Positions 15,296 to 28,741 are shown, counted from the first letter of the stretch. The stretch is 35,655 bases of DNA from an uncultured Candidatus Saccharibacteria bacterium (GCA_964426965.1 CAYRSI010000002.1:1-35655); one strand, 5' to 3'. Notes: generated by a model from the letters alone, not told the origin. Numbers and translations are program-made.

Positions 15296-17047
15296 ACCTT
15301 TTATCTCCTTATTTATTATAACAATAAATTTATCTATTGTCATCATTCCGATATCCCCCCTCTTTCTGTCCCGAGCCCTGACTGAATTTAATTTCTGTTC
15401 CTTGTCACCGACGACCAACATATAAGGAATCCTTTGAATTTCTCCTTCGCGAATTTTCTTGGAAACAGTTTCGTTTTCATCTTTATTTTCTACTCTTAAT
15501 CCTTCGCTTTCTAGTTTTTTTGCCACTTCCTTAGCGTATTTATTGTGGCGACTACCTACTGGAACAACCCAAATCTGAACTGGCGCAAGCCAAGCAGGTA
15601 AGGCGCCAGCATAATGCTCTAAAAGAATGCCAATAAACCTTTCGATGCTTCCCAAAACAGTCCGATGGATCATTATTGGTTGTTGTTTTTTCCCCTTTTC
15701 ATCGATATAGGTCATCTTGAATCTTTCTGGAAGATTAAAATCGAGCTGAATAGTCCCACACTGCCACGATCGACCAATCGCATCTTTAACATGAAAATCT
15801 ATTTTGGGACCATAAAAAGTACCATCGCCAGGATTAAGCTGATATTTAATTTTTTTAACTTCTAAAGCTTTTTTAAGGGCAGCTGTGGCTTTACGCCAAA
15901 TTTCATCAGAACCGATTGACTTTTTTGGTCTAGTTGAAAGTTCCACGTGGTAATCTTTGAATCCGAAGATTTTATACACATGGAAGACTAAATCAACTAC
16001 TTTACAGAGCTCATCTAGCATCTGTTGCTTAGTGCAAATGATGTGAGCATCGTCTTGAGTAAAACCACGAGGCCGCATTAATCCGTGAAGTACTCCTGAT
16101 TTTTCGGCCCGATACACTGTGCCCAATTCTGCATATTTTAAGGGGAGATCCCTGTAACTTCTAATTTTAGATTTATAAACAAGAACATGGCCATTACAAT
16201 TCATTGGTTTAATGCCATATTCTCGATCTTCAATTTTGGTAAACATCATACTTTCTTTATACCAACCATGATGGCCAGAAATTTTCCACAGCTCACTGCT
16301 ATAAATGTGGGGTGTAACTAAAAAAGCATAACCTCTCTTTGTGTGTTCTTTTGTCCAAAAATCTTCAATGATTTTCCTTAAAATAACTCCTTTTGGCTGC
16401 CAAAGAACAAGGCCTGCCCCGGCTTCAGGGGGCATAATAAAAATTTCTAATTTCTGACCAATTATTCGATGGTCTCTTTTTTCTGCTTGTTCTTGTTTTT
16501 TAATATAATCACCAAGCTCTTTTTTTGTATTAAAGGCCACTCCATAAATTCGCTGAAGCATTGGATTTTTTTCATCGCCACGCCAATAAGCTCCGGCTAT
16601 TTTAGTTAATTTGAAAGCACCTGGGTTTATTTCCTTAGTAGATCTGACGTGAGGACCAGCACATAAATCTACAAAATCCCCGGATTTATAAATAGTAGCA
16701 TTCTTGATCTTTAATTCTTTAATGAGTTCTAATTTATATGGCTGATTTTTGAATAACTTCTTGGCCCCGACCTTAGAAACAATCTTTTTTTCAAATTTTA
16801 TATTTTGTTTAATCAATTCTCTCATTCGTTTCTCAATACGTGGTAAGTCCTCGGGCTTAAAGGCAAATCTCTCCTTCGCTGACGCTGCGGAGGGCAAGGC
16901 AAAATCATAATAAAATCCGTTTTCTATCGTCGGCCCAATACCAAATTTGACATCTTTAAAGATGTCCATCACCGCATGCGCCATTATATGAGATAAAGAA
17001 TGCCGGATTGTATCAATTTTCATGGTTTTTAAATTCTTTTGCTTCAT
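15272..17047 (-). CDS. thrS: Threonyl-tRNA synthetase lacking the N-terminal TGS domain
   Basis: IRHSLSHIMAHAV...GPTIENGFYYDF...AYWRGDEKNPMLQRIYG...KPMNCNGH...RGFTQDDAHI. An alternative start lies at 17023. Confidence 0.95.
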   Translation of the reverse strand: MKQKNLKTMKIDTIRHSLSHIMAHAVMDIFKDVKFGIGPTIENGFYYDFALPSAASAKERFAFKPEDLPRIEKRMRELIKQNIKFEKKIVSKVGAKKLFKNQPYKLELIKELKIKNATIYKSGDFVDLCAGPHVRSTKEINPGAFKLTKIAGAYWRGDEKNPMLQRIYGVAFNTKKELGDYIKKQEQAEKRDHRIIGQKLEIFIMPPEAGAGLVLWQPKGVILRKIIEDFWTKEHTKRGYAFLVTPHIYSSELWKISGHHGWYKESMMFTKIEDREYGIKPMNCNGHVLVYKSKIRSYRDLPLKYAELGTVYRAEKSGVLHGLMRPRGFTQDDAHIICTKQQMLDELCKVVDLVFHVYKIFGFKDYHVELSTRPKKSIGSDEIWRKATAALKKALEVKKIKYQLNPGDGTFYGPKIDFHVKDAIGRSWQCGTIQLDFNLPERFKMTYIDEKGKKQQPIMIHRTVLGSIERFIGILLEHYAGALPAWLAPVQIWVVPVGSRHNKYAKEVAKKLESEGLRVENKDENETVSKKIREGEIQRIPYMLVVGDKEQKLNSVRARDRKRGDIGMMTIDKFIVIINKEIKGRTTTINN

Positions 17048-20000
17048 TGCAAAGAATTTTTAGTTGGTCGTCTTTATCGCTCAAACGACCGGAAAGAATT
17101 ATAATTTTTCCTTCCTGCCAAACAATAGGATTTCGCTCAAGAATAGAAGGAAAAACCAAAACTTCAATTTTTCCGGTCAAATCTTCAAGCTCAACAAAGA
17201 GCATTGGCTTGCCGACTTTAGTAATAAACTTCTTTATCGTGTTTATTATACCAACAATTCGGACTCTTTTACCAGCCTGATTCAAGTCAAGACTTTTAAT
17301 GCTATCTGCATTTTCTTTTAAAAATGATTGATGTCTATCTAGGGGATGCTCTGAAACATAAATACCAAGCAGCTCCTTTTCCCAGGTCAGTTTTTCGCCA
17401 TCCTGAAACTCTGAAATGTCTTTTGCTCTTAAAGTAAAAAGGTTAGAAGACTGCGAAGAAATGGAGTCAAAAAGGCTTGTCTGCCTATTAGATTTTGCTT
17501 TATAAATTTCTCTGGAATAATTAAGCATTCCTTCTAAATTCGCCAGTAGTTGAACTCGTTCTCCTAACTGGTCAAAAGTGCCTGCCTTAATCAAGCTCTC
17601 AAGAGATTTTTTATTAAAATCTTTTGATTCTACCCTATCAAGAAAATCACCGATTGATTTATAGCGGCCGTTCTTTTTTCGCTCTTTGACAATTGCTTCA
17701 ACAACATTATGACCAACGTTTTTAATAGCTGTAAGCCCGAATCTAATAGAAGCCGGGGGAATCAAAGTAAAATTCTCAAGACTCTCATTAATATCAGGCG
17801 GCAAAACATCAATTCCTTCTTTCTTGGCTTCGCTCACTAAAACTGCTATTCTATCAATATCATTTTGCTCAGAATTCATCAAGGCAGTCATAAATTCTGA
17901 AGTATAATGAGCTTTAAGATAAGCAGTTTGATAGCCAATTAAAGCATAGCAGGTTGCATGACTCCTGTTAAACCCATAATTGGCAAAAGGTTCAATAAAT
18001 TCCCATATTCTTTGAGCTGTTCGTTCATCAATTTTGTTTTTAACCATTCCTTTAATCATTTTATCTGCTTGCTCATCAAGAAGTTTCTTGATTTTTTTAC
18101 CCACTGCCTTTCTTAAAACATCAGCTTCTGACAAACTAAATCCTGCCAAATCCCGAACAATTCGTAATAACTGCTCCTGATAAACAGCAATCCCATAAGT
18201 ACTCTTTAAGATCGGTTCTAATTTAGGATGAATATAGCCTATCTTTTTCTCACCGTGCTTCCTTGCTATAAATTCAGGAATAAGCTCAATGGGACCCGGT
18301 CTATATAAAGCAACCATTGCTATAATGTCCTCAAATTCTGTTGGCTTGAGCTGTTGAAGATATCGTTTCATTCCTGACGACTCTAGTTGAAAAACGCCAG
18401 TAGTATTTGCCTTTTGAAAAAGTTTAAAAACTTTCTTATCATTTAAAGGAATATTATCAATATCAATTTCTTTATTTCTTAGTTTTTTAATAATATTAAT
18501 AGCATTTTCTATAGTAGTTAAATTCTTTAACCCAAGAAAGTCCATTTTTAAAAGGCCTAAATCTTCTATGGCATGCATTTCGTATTGAGTCACAATAGTC
18601 TCATCATCCCGAGAAGCCCGTTGCCTTGGAGTATAATTATCAATATTGTCCTTGGTTATTACTACCCCGCAAGCATGAGTAGAAGCATGACGAGCCACTC
18701 CTTCTAATTTTCTGGCTAAATCAATAAGTCGTTTAGTTTGAGGATCAGTTTCATAACTTTCCTTTAGTTCCGGTACTTTTTTAAGAGCTTGCTCTAGTGA
18801 CCAAGAAAAAGGAATCGCTTTTGCTAACTGGTCACAAAATGTATATGTATAATTTAAAGCTCTCCCAACGTCTCTAATTACAGCCCGGGCTGCCATGGTT
18901 CCAAAGGTAATAATCTGAGCCATATGATCCCGGCCATATTTCTGAGCCACATAATCAATAACTTCGTCTCTTCGAGTATCAGCAAAATCTAAATCAATAT
19001 CAGGCATACTAATTCTTTCGGGATTTAAAAATCTCTCAAAAAGAAGACCAAATTTTAACGGATCAACGTTGGTAATATTCAAAAGATAAGCAACAAGACT
19101 TCCTCCCACGCTTCCTCGACCAGGTCCCACTACTATTCCTTTGTCTTTTGCCCAATTAACAAAGTCCTGAACAATTAAAAAATAAGAGGCAAAACCAGTT
19201 TTTTTAATAACCTCAAGTTCATAATCTAAACGTTTCTTTGCCTCTGAACTGACTTTTTTATATCTTTCTTTAAATCCCTTCAAGCACATTTTTTTCAAAT
19301 ACATATCAGTACTTATTCCTTTAGGGAGAGAAAAATGGGGCAGCTCTATTTTCCCCAATTCAATTTCTAAATTACACTGTTCTACAATCTTTTGGGTATT
19401 TCTAATGGCTTCTGGGACATCTTTAAAAGATTTAATCATTTCTTCTTTGCTCTTCATGGAAAAATCATCGTCCATTATCAGCCTATCTTCATCTTCAATT
19501 GTATGATTGGTTTGAATGCACATTAAAATTTCCTGAGCTTCAGCATCTTCTGGATTAATATAATGAACATCATTGGTAGCTACTAAAGGTATGCCTGTTT
19601 TTTTTGAAATTTCTTTTAGGGCTTTATTTACCTCTGTTTGTCCTTCCAGATTGTGGTGAGGAAGCAACTCTAAATAAAAATTACCTTGGCCAAAAATATC
19701 CTGATATTCAAGAGCTACTTTTTCAGCTTTTTTAATATCGCCACCTAAAACTGTCTTGGCAATTTCGCCACCAAGACAAGCTGACATAGCTACTAAGCCC
19801 TCAGCATGCTCTTTAAGAAGCCCCTTATCAACCCTGGGCTTATAATAAAACCCTTCTAAATGAGCCCTGGTAATTAACTGGATTAAATTATGATAACCAA
19901 TTTTGTTTTTAGCCAAAACAATAAGGTGCCATCTTTTTTTATCAACGTTTGGTCTTTTAAAATGTCTTCCTTCTGGAGCAATATAAAGCTCAGCTCCGAT

Positions 20001-20192
20001 TATTGGTTTTATGCCAGCTTTTTTAGCTTTCTGATAAAACTCTATTGCTCCGTAAAGCACTCCGTGATCAGTAAGAGCCAAGGAATCCATATCTAATTCC
20101 TTGGCTCTTTTAATAAGCTGGTCAATCTTCGTCAAGCCATCGAGTAAAGAGTAGTGAGAATGAACATGTAAATGGGTAAATTTAGAAGACAT
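17013..20192 (-). CDS. dnaE: DNA polymerase III alpha subunit
   Basis: PHP motif FTHLHVHSHYSLLDG, then ...GPGRGSVGGSLVAYLL...DIDLDF.... Confidence 0.96.
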   Translation of the reverse strand: MSSKFTHLHVHSHYSLLDGLTKIDQLIKRAKELDMDSLALTDHGVLYGAIEFYQKAKKAGIKPIIGAELYIAPEGRHFKRPNVDKKRWHLIVLAKNKIGYHNLIQLITRAHLEGFYYKPRVDKGLLKEHAEGLVAMSACLGGEIAKTVLGGDIKKAEKVALEYQDIFGQGNFYLELLPHHNLEGQTEVNKALKEISKKTGIPLVATNDVHYINPEDAEAQEILMCIQTNHTIEDEDRLIMDDDFSMKSKEEMIKSFKDVPEAIRNTQKIVEQCNLEIELGKIELPHFSLPKGISTDMYLKKMCLKGFKERYKKVSSEAKKRLDYELEVIKKTGFASYFLIVQDFVNWAKDKGIVVGPGRGSVGGSLVAYLLNITNVDPLKFGLLFERFLNPERISMPDIDLDFADTRRDEVIDYVAQKYGRDHMAQIITFGTMAARAVIRDVGRALNYTYTFCDQLAKAIPFSWSLEQALKKVPELKESYETDPQTKRLIDLARKLEGVARHASTHACGVVITKDNIDNYTPRQRASRDDETIVTQYEMHAIEDLGLLKMDFLGLKNLTTIENAINIIKKLRNKEIDIDNIPLNDKKVFKLFQKANTTGVFQLESSGMKRYLQQLKPTEFEDIIAMVALYRPGPIELIPEFIARKHGEKKIGYIHPKLEPILKSTYGIAVYQEQLLRIVRDLAGFSLSEADVLRKAVGKKIKKLLDEQADKMIKGMVKNKIDERTAQRIWEFIEPFANYGFNRSHATCYALIGYQTAYLKAHYTSEFMTALMNSEQNDIDRIAVLVSEAKKEGIDVLPPDINESLENFTLIPPASIRFGLTAIKNVGHNVVEAIVKERKKNGRYKSIGDFLDRVESKDFNKKSLESLIKAGTFDQLGERVQLLANLEGMLNYSREIYKAKSNRQTSLFDSISSQSSNLFTLRAKDISEFQDGEKLTWEKELLGIYVSEHPLDRHQSFLKENADSIKSLDLNQAGKRVRIVGIINTIKKFITKVGKPMLFVELEDLTGKIEVLVFPSILERNPIVWQEGKIIILSGRLSDKDDQLKILCNEAKEFKNHEN

Positions 20193-20241
20193 ACTGCTTA
20201 TATTATATTTTAAATTTTAAAATGAGGCAAATGTTTAATAA

Positions 20242-20263
20242 AACCGCACATCGATGTGCGGTT
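20242..20263 (-). terminator. Terminator hairpin after gyrB
   Basis: AACCGCACA-TCGA-TGTGCGGTT, followed on the minus strand by TTTTATT. Confidence 0.7.
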
Positions 20264-20292
20264 AAAAAATTATACAAATATTTTTATAACTT

Positions 20293-24448
<4,156 letters not shown>

Positions 24449-24458
24449 TTCTTCCTCG

Positions 24459-24522
24459 CGAATTACGAATTTCATCGAATTACGAATATTCGTAATTCGT
24501 GTTTGATTCGTAATTCGTAGGA
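24459..24522. repeat. Cluster of four 12-mers (2x cgaattacgaat, 2x attcgtaattcg), including a perfect 24-bp palindrome, in the pheS-pheT spacer
   Basis: 12-mers at 24459-24470, 24476-24487, 24488-24499 and 24506-24517. Positions 24476-24499 are a perfect palindrome. Confidence 0.9.
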
Positions 24523-24525
24523 TAT

Positions 24526-25527
24526 TTAAAACTGTTTTAAAAACCTCAAATCCCCTTTATAAAATAATCTTATATCATCAATCCCATATTTCATCATGGC
24601 AATCCTATCAAGACCCATGCCAAAGGCAAAACCCTGCCAATTGGCTGGATTATAACCCACTGCTTTAAAAACATTAGGATGAACCATTCCGCATGGAATT
24701 ACTTCTATCCAGCCCCTTTGTTCGCAAGTGGAACACCCCCTACCCTTACAGACACTACAGCCCATCAATAAATCCAAACCTGGCTCCACAAATGGATAAT
24801 AGCTTGGCTGCCATCGCAATTTAACCTCTGAACCATAAAATCGTTTCATAAACTCCTCTAAAACACCCTTCAAATTAGCTAAAGAAATATCCTTGCCCAC
24901 CATTAAACCTTCCACCTGATGAAATGTAGCCTCATGAGAAGCATCAGTAGCCTCATGACGAAAACAACGGCCAGGCACAATAATCCGCAATGGCGGATTA
25001 TTTTTTTCCATATAACGCACCTGCATCGGACTAGTGTGAGTCTTTAACAATAAGTGCTTAGGCTTTGTTTTTAACCAAAACGTATCCCACAAATCTCTGG
25101 CTGGATGGTCTTCTGGAATATTCAAGGCATCGAAATTATAATATTCAGTTTCAATGTCTGGCCCCTCAACAACCTCGAATCCCATTGACTGAAAAATCTC
25201 TTCTGCTTGTCGCAAAACTTGAGTTATTGGATGAAGATGACCTTGAGGCAATTTAATGCCCGGGGCAGTAATGTCAATTTTTTCTTTCTCCCTCTTTTTT
25301 CTTACTTCTAATTTCTTGATTCTTGATTCTAATTCGCCTTTAAATCTATTTGCTTCCTGGCCAACTTTCTTTCTCTGGATTACAGGTAAGTCTCTCAAGG
25401 ATCGTAAAGTATCCGCCAATTCTCCTTTGCGGCCTAAATACTTTATACGAAACGCCTCCAGCTCATCTGGGTTTTTAACTTTTTCTATTTCTTCAAAAGC
25501 TTGTTTTCTTATTTGCTTTAATTCCAT
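24526..25527 (-). CDS. pheS: Phenylalanyl-tRNA synthetase alpha subunit
   Basis: ...HPITQV...FDALNIPEDHPARD...FRHEATDASH...CSVCKGRGCSTCEQRGWIEVIPCGMVHPNV...FAFGMGLDRIAM... Start at MELKQIRK (25527). Confidence 0.95.
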   Translation of the reverse strand: MELKQIRKQAFEEIEKVKNPDELEAFRIKYLGRKGELADTLRSLRDLPVIQRKKVGQEANRFKGELESRIKKLEVRKKREKEKIDITAPGIKLPQGHLHPITQVLRQAEEIFQSMGFEVVEGPDIETEYYNFDALNIPEDHPARDLWDTFWLKTKPKHLLLKTHTSPMQVRYMEKNNPPLRIIVPGRCFRHEATDASHEATFHQVEGLMVGKDISLANLKGVLEEFMKRFYGSEVKLRWQPSYYPFVEPGLDLLMGCSVCKGRGCSTCEQRGWIEVIPCGMVHPNVFKAVGYNPANWQGFAFGMGLDRIAMMKYGIDDIRLFYKGDLRFLKQF

Positions 25528-25528
25528 G

Positions 25529-25897
25529 TTATTTTTTCTTAAAATAAATTTCAAAAATTATTATTACTAAAACGATTATTCCCCCGCTCCACCAGTTCAA
25601 GATTCTAAAGCTTTGTAATAATAAAAAACCAGTTAAAATTAAAGAAATTAAAATCCCTTGCCTAAAAGATGTTCTTAATAATCTATATGCTATTTTTTTC
25701 TTGACAAACAATTTCCGTAAATAAAATACTGATAAAATAAAAAGTCCAGCTACGGCTACAAAAAAACTTAAATAAAACAAAGCAAAATTTAAAATAGTGG
25801 TACTGCGAGGATCAATACTTGTCAAAATAAAAGTTAAAGAAGCTAAAGAAACCAAGGTTAAAAAACTTATCCCCAAGAGAAACGTCCTTAAGCTCAT
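25529..25897 (-). CDS. Hypothetical polytopic membrane protein (122 aa)
   Basis: About four predicted TM helices. Co-oriented and abutting pheS. Confidence 0.6.
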   Translation of the reverse strand: MSLRTFLLGISFLTLVSLASLTFILTSIDPRSTTILNFALFYLSFFVAVAGLFILSVFYLRKLFVKKKIAYRLLRTSFRQGILISLILTGFLLLQSFRILNWWSGGIIVLVIIIFEIYFKKK

Positions 25898-25935
25898 ATA
25901 CTTAAATTATACACCATTTTAAAGCAAAAAACAAT

Positions 25936-25963
25936 AAAAAGCACCTTAAACAAAGTGCTTTTT
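25936..25963 (-). terminator. Terminator after the tRNA cluster
   Basis: AAAGCAC-9 nt-GTGCTTT, followed on the minus strand by TTTTATTGTTTTTT. Confidence 0.6.
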
Positions 25964-25973
25964 ATAAAATTTG

Positions 25974-26047
25974 CGGAGCCGATGGGATTTGAACCCACGA
26001 TCTTCTGCGTGACAGGCAGACGCTTTAAGCCACTAAGCTACGGCTCC
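25974..26047 (-). tRNA. tRNA-Asp (anticodon GTC)
   Basis: Minus strand GGAGCCGTAGCTTAGTGG...TCTGC-CTGTCAC-GCAGA...GTGGGTTCAAATCCCAT CGGCTCC G. Cloverleaf drawn by hand. No encoded CCA. Confidence 0.9.
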
Positions 26048-26051
26048 AAAG

Positions 26052-26125
26052 TAGCGGGGGTGGGGATCGAACCCACGACCTCGAGCTTATGAATCTCGCG
26101 CTCTAACCAACTGAGCTACCCCGCC
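26052..26125 (-). tRNA. tRNA with CAT anticodon, elongator type (Met, or Ile2 if lysidinylated)
   Basis: GGCGGGGTAGCTCAGTTGGTTAGAGC G CGAGA-TTCATAA-GCTCG AGGTC GTGGGTTCGATCCCCAC CCCCGCT A. Confidence 0.85.
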
Positions 26126-26151
26126 TGGTTTACGCTGAGCTTGTCGAAGTG

Positions 26152-26223
26152 TTGCGGGGGCAGGAATTGCACCTGCGATCTCCAGGTTATGAGCCTGGCG
26201 AGATACTACTTCTCCACCCCGCG
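26152..26223 (-). tRNA. Initiator tRNA-fMet (CAT)
   Basis: CGCGGGGTGGAG...CCAGG-CTCATAA-CCTGG...CCCCGCA A. It has the C1:A72 mismatch and strong similarity to the E. coli tRNA-fMet acceptor. Confidence 0.88.
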
Positions 26224-26234
26224 ATAATGAACTT

Positions 26235-26262
26235 ATTATATCATGGTTTTTATTTTTTGCAA
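26235..26262 (-). promoter_or_regulatory. Putative promoter of the tRNA cluster
   Basis: Minus strand reads TTGCAA, 16 nt, TATAAT, 11 nt before the tRNA-fMet 5' end. Confidence 0.6.
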
Positions 26263-26266
26263 TTCT

Positions 26267-26812
26267 TTAGATCACTTCCAATTCTTCCAGAGCTTTTCTA
26301 TAAGCACCAACAGCTCTTTCGGCATCAATAACAATCAATTTATAATCCACATCATGAACAATGCTATTGCGAATCTTATGGGCGCTCCAAATGTCATCAA
26401 TGTTAGCCATTTGACTAGGATTTATTTTTTTCAAACGCCCTCCCATATCCTTACCAAGATAACCAATTCTTTTCAGAATATCATCAAAGAATTTATCGGC
26501 CTCAATTACTGCTAATTTTAATTCGGTCTCCTGTCCTGATTCCAATCTTTTTTCAATTTGACCCCATTTTTTCACCAACTTTTTCTTAGGCAAATAATGC
26601 GGAATTGCTAAAAGCTTCAAGGCCCTTTTAGTCCTATGAATAACCCTTAAGCCCAAAATAGCAAATATTATTCCTATAAAAAGTAAAAAGGAAATAACTA
26701 CAGAAATCGACTTAAGAACAGCAACTATTTTAGACCAAGGAAGCGAAATAAGAGAATCCTTGACAATGAGAAAAAAATCTTTAATTGTGTCAACTATTTG
26801 AAATATATCCAT
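26267..26812 (-). CDS. Hypothetical membrane protein with a C-terminal helical domain
   Basis: One or two TM helices, then ...AVIEADKFFDDILKRIGYLGKDMGGRLKK...WSAHKIRNSIVHD... I cannot name the family. Confidence 0.7.
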   Translation of the reverse strand: MDIFQIVDTIKDFFLIVKDSLISLPWSKIVAVLKSISVVISFLLFIGIIFAILGLRVIHRTKRALKLLAIPHYLPKKKLVKKWGQIEKRLESGQETELKLAVIEADKFFDDILKRIGYLGKDMGGRLKKINPSQMANIDDIWSAHKIRNSIVHDVDYKLIVIDAERAVGAYRKALEELEVI

Positions 26813-26961
26813 AAGTTAAAATCACAAGCACCAAGCACCAAATAACAAACAAATACCAAGCACCAAATTCTAATGACTAAAACGGAAAATTACTGTTTGG
26901 AATTTAGGATTTTGAATTTGGATATTGTTTGAGATGTTTGTGATTTGTTATTTGAGATTTA
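26813..26961. repeat. Strand-skewed long imperfect inverted-repeat element, copy B. Its right end contains the gatA stop codon and last four codons.
   Basis: Shares the same two exact blocks as copy A, in the same order and orientation. The left arm is G-poor and the right arm C-poor. Confidence 0.85.
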
Positions 26962-28384
26962 GCTGTTCGTACAGCTTCGCTGTTTCTAATACTAAATCAT
27001 CTTGAAATTGTGGTCCAATAATTTGAAGACCAACGGGCAAAACGCCGACCTTGCCACAAGGAACTGAAATCGCTGAAACATTACCTATATTAGCTGGAGC
27101 AGTATAGATATCAGCCAAATACATAGACAAAGGGTCTTGTTTTTCACCAATCTTAAAAGCTACGGTTGGTGAAGTTGGGGTCAAAAGAATATCAACTTCT
27201 TCAAAAACATCTTTAAACTCTTTTTCTATTAACGCTCTTACTTTCTGGGCTTTATTATAATAAGCATCTTTATAGCCAGCAGATAAAATATAAGTTCCCA
27301 ACATTATCCTTCTCCTCGCCTCATCTCCAAAGCCCTCTGCCCGAGTTTTTAAATAATTTTCCAATAAATCTTTACTCTTCTTTGAATAACCATATTTAAT
27401 ACCGTCATATCGAGCTAAATTAGCGCTAATTTCGGCTGGCATGATTACGTGATAAACAGCTAAAGCATATTCTGTATAAGGCAAGCTCACTTCTTTTATT
27501 TCTGTTCCTATTTTTCCAAAAATTTTAATCGCTTTTTCAACCATCTTTTTTACCTTTTCGTCAATCCCTTCTTCAAAGTACTCCTTTGGTATCCCGATCC
27601 GCAAGTTTTGGATTTTGCCCCGCGATGCTGAAGGATCAGCCATGGGCTGAGATCTCAAATCAATAGTTGTTGAATCAAGCTCGTCATGACCGCGAATCAC
27701 TTCAAAAACCAATCTTGCATCCTCGACTGTTTTGGCAAGAGGTCCGATTTGATCCAATGAAGAAGTCATGGCAATCAAACCGTATCGAGAAACCATCCCA
27801 TAGGTTGGCTTCAACCCAACTACTCCACACAAACTAGCTGGCTGACGAATTGAACTGGCTGTGTCGGAACCCAGGGCCACCACACACTGATTAGCTGCTA
27901 CAGCAGCTGCTGAACCGCCGGATGAACCGCCAGGAACCCTTGTTATATCATGAGGATTTTTTACAGCACCAAATGCTGAATTTTCAGTAGAAGAACCCAT
28001 ACCGAATTCATCCATATTAGTCTTGCCTAAAATCACAACCCCGGCTTTTTTCAGTCTTTCTATGACTGTAGCATCATAAGCAGCTGTATAATTTTCTAAA
28101 ATTTTTGAACCAGCAGTTGCCTTATATCCTTCAACTAAAATATTGTCTTTAATTGCTGTGGGAATCCCCTCTAAAAGACCTATTTTTTCTTGATGAGCGA
28201 TTTTTTCATCAACTTTCTTAGCCTGGCCTAAAGCTAATTTGTCGGTTACAGTCAAAAACGTGTTGAGTTTTTTGTTCTCTTTCCTTATCTTATCCAAATA
28301 AGCCCGAGTTAATTCAGTGCAAGAAAACTTTTTTTTAATAAACCCGTCATGGGCTGTTTCAATTGTTAGGTTTTCTAATTTCAT
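26948..28384 (-). CDS. gatA: Asp/Glu-tRNA(Asn/Gln) amidotransferase subunit A
   Basis: Amidase signature ...GKTNMDEFGMGSSTENSAFG...GGSSGGSAAAVAA...GSDTASSIRQPAS.... Confidence 0.96.
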   Translation of the reverse strand: MKLENLTIETAHDGFIKKKFSCTELTRAYLDKIRKENKKLNTFLTVTDKLALGQAKKVDEKIAHQEKIGLLEGIPTAIKDNILVEGYKATAGSKILENYTAAYDATVIERLKKAGVVILGKTNMDEFGMGSSTENSAFGAVKNPHDITRVPGGSSGGSAAAVAANQCVVALGSDTASSIRQPASLCGVVGLKPTYGMVSRYGLIAMTSSLDQIGPLAKTVEDARLVFEVIRGHDELDSTTIDLRSQPMADPSASRGKIQNLRIGIPKEYFEEGIDEKVKKMVEKAIKIFGKIGTEIKEVSLPYTEYALAVYHVIMPAEISANLARYDGIKYGYSKKSKDLLENYLKTRAEGFGDEARRRIMLGTYILSAGYKDAYYNKAQKVRALIEKEFKDVFEEVDILLTPTSPTVAFKIGEKQDPLSMYLADIYTAPANIGNVSAISVPCGKVGVLPVGLQIIGPQFQDDLVLETAKLYEQLNLK

Positions 28385-28719
28385 TCTAATATTTTTGGCA
28401 CTTTAATATAATCACCTTTTTTAGATGGTGCTTCTTTTAGTAATTTACTTTGAACTTTGGACTTCGGACTCTTAATTTCTTTGTCTTCTCTCATTACATT
28501 CTCTAATCCTGTTACCTGCGCTATTGGCTCTACTTCTGAAGTATCAATCTGGTTTAATTTCTCAACATAATCCAAAATCGAGGAAAGATCTTTAGTGAAC
28601 TTTTCCTTTTCTTTTTCAGTCAGCTCAATCCGAGCCAACTCAGCAATATGTTCCACTTGCCCGACAGAAAGCTTTTCAGCTTTCTGTTTTAGGGCTTGCT
28701 CTTTAGAAATATTTGACAT
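28381..28719 (-). CDS. gatC: Asp/Glu-tRNA(Asn/Gln) amidotransferase subunit C
   Basis: ...VEHIAELARIELTEKEKEKFTKDLSSILDYVEKLNQIDTSEVEP... It overlaps the gatA start by 4 nt. Confidence 0.9.
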   Translation of the reverse strand: MSNISKEQALKQKAEKLSVGQVEHIAELARIELTEKEKEKFTKDLSSILDYVEKLNQIDTSEVEPIAQVTGLENVMREDKEIKSPKSKVQSKLLKEAPSKKGDYIKVPKILE

Positions 28720-28741
28720 AGACTTTATAATATGCTATAAT
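28713..28741 (+). promoter_or_regulatory. Consensus sigma70 promoter divergent from gatC; the -35 overlaps the gatC start codon
   Basis: TTGACA (28713-28718), 17 nt, TATAAT (28736-28741). Confidence 0.65.

Noticed and set aside
27615-27655. GC-rich patch with the small palindrome TCAGCC-atg-GGCTGA inside gatA, considered as another inserted element
   Set aside because: Compared with B. subtilis GatA as I recall it, this linker differs in length by only about 2 residues. There is no shared module with the CCTGCC / CGCTTCGC family.
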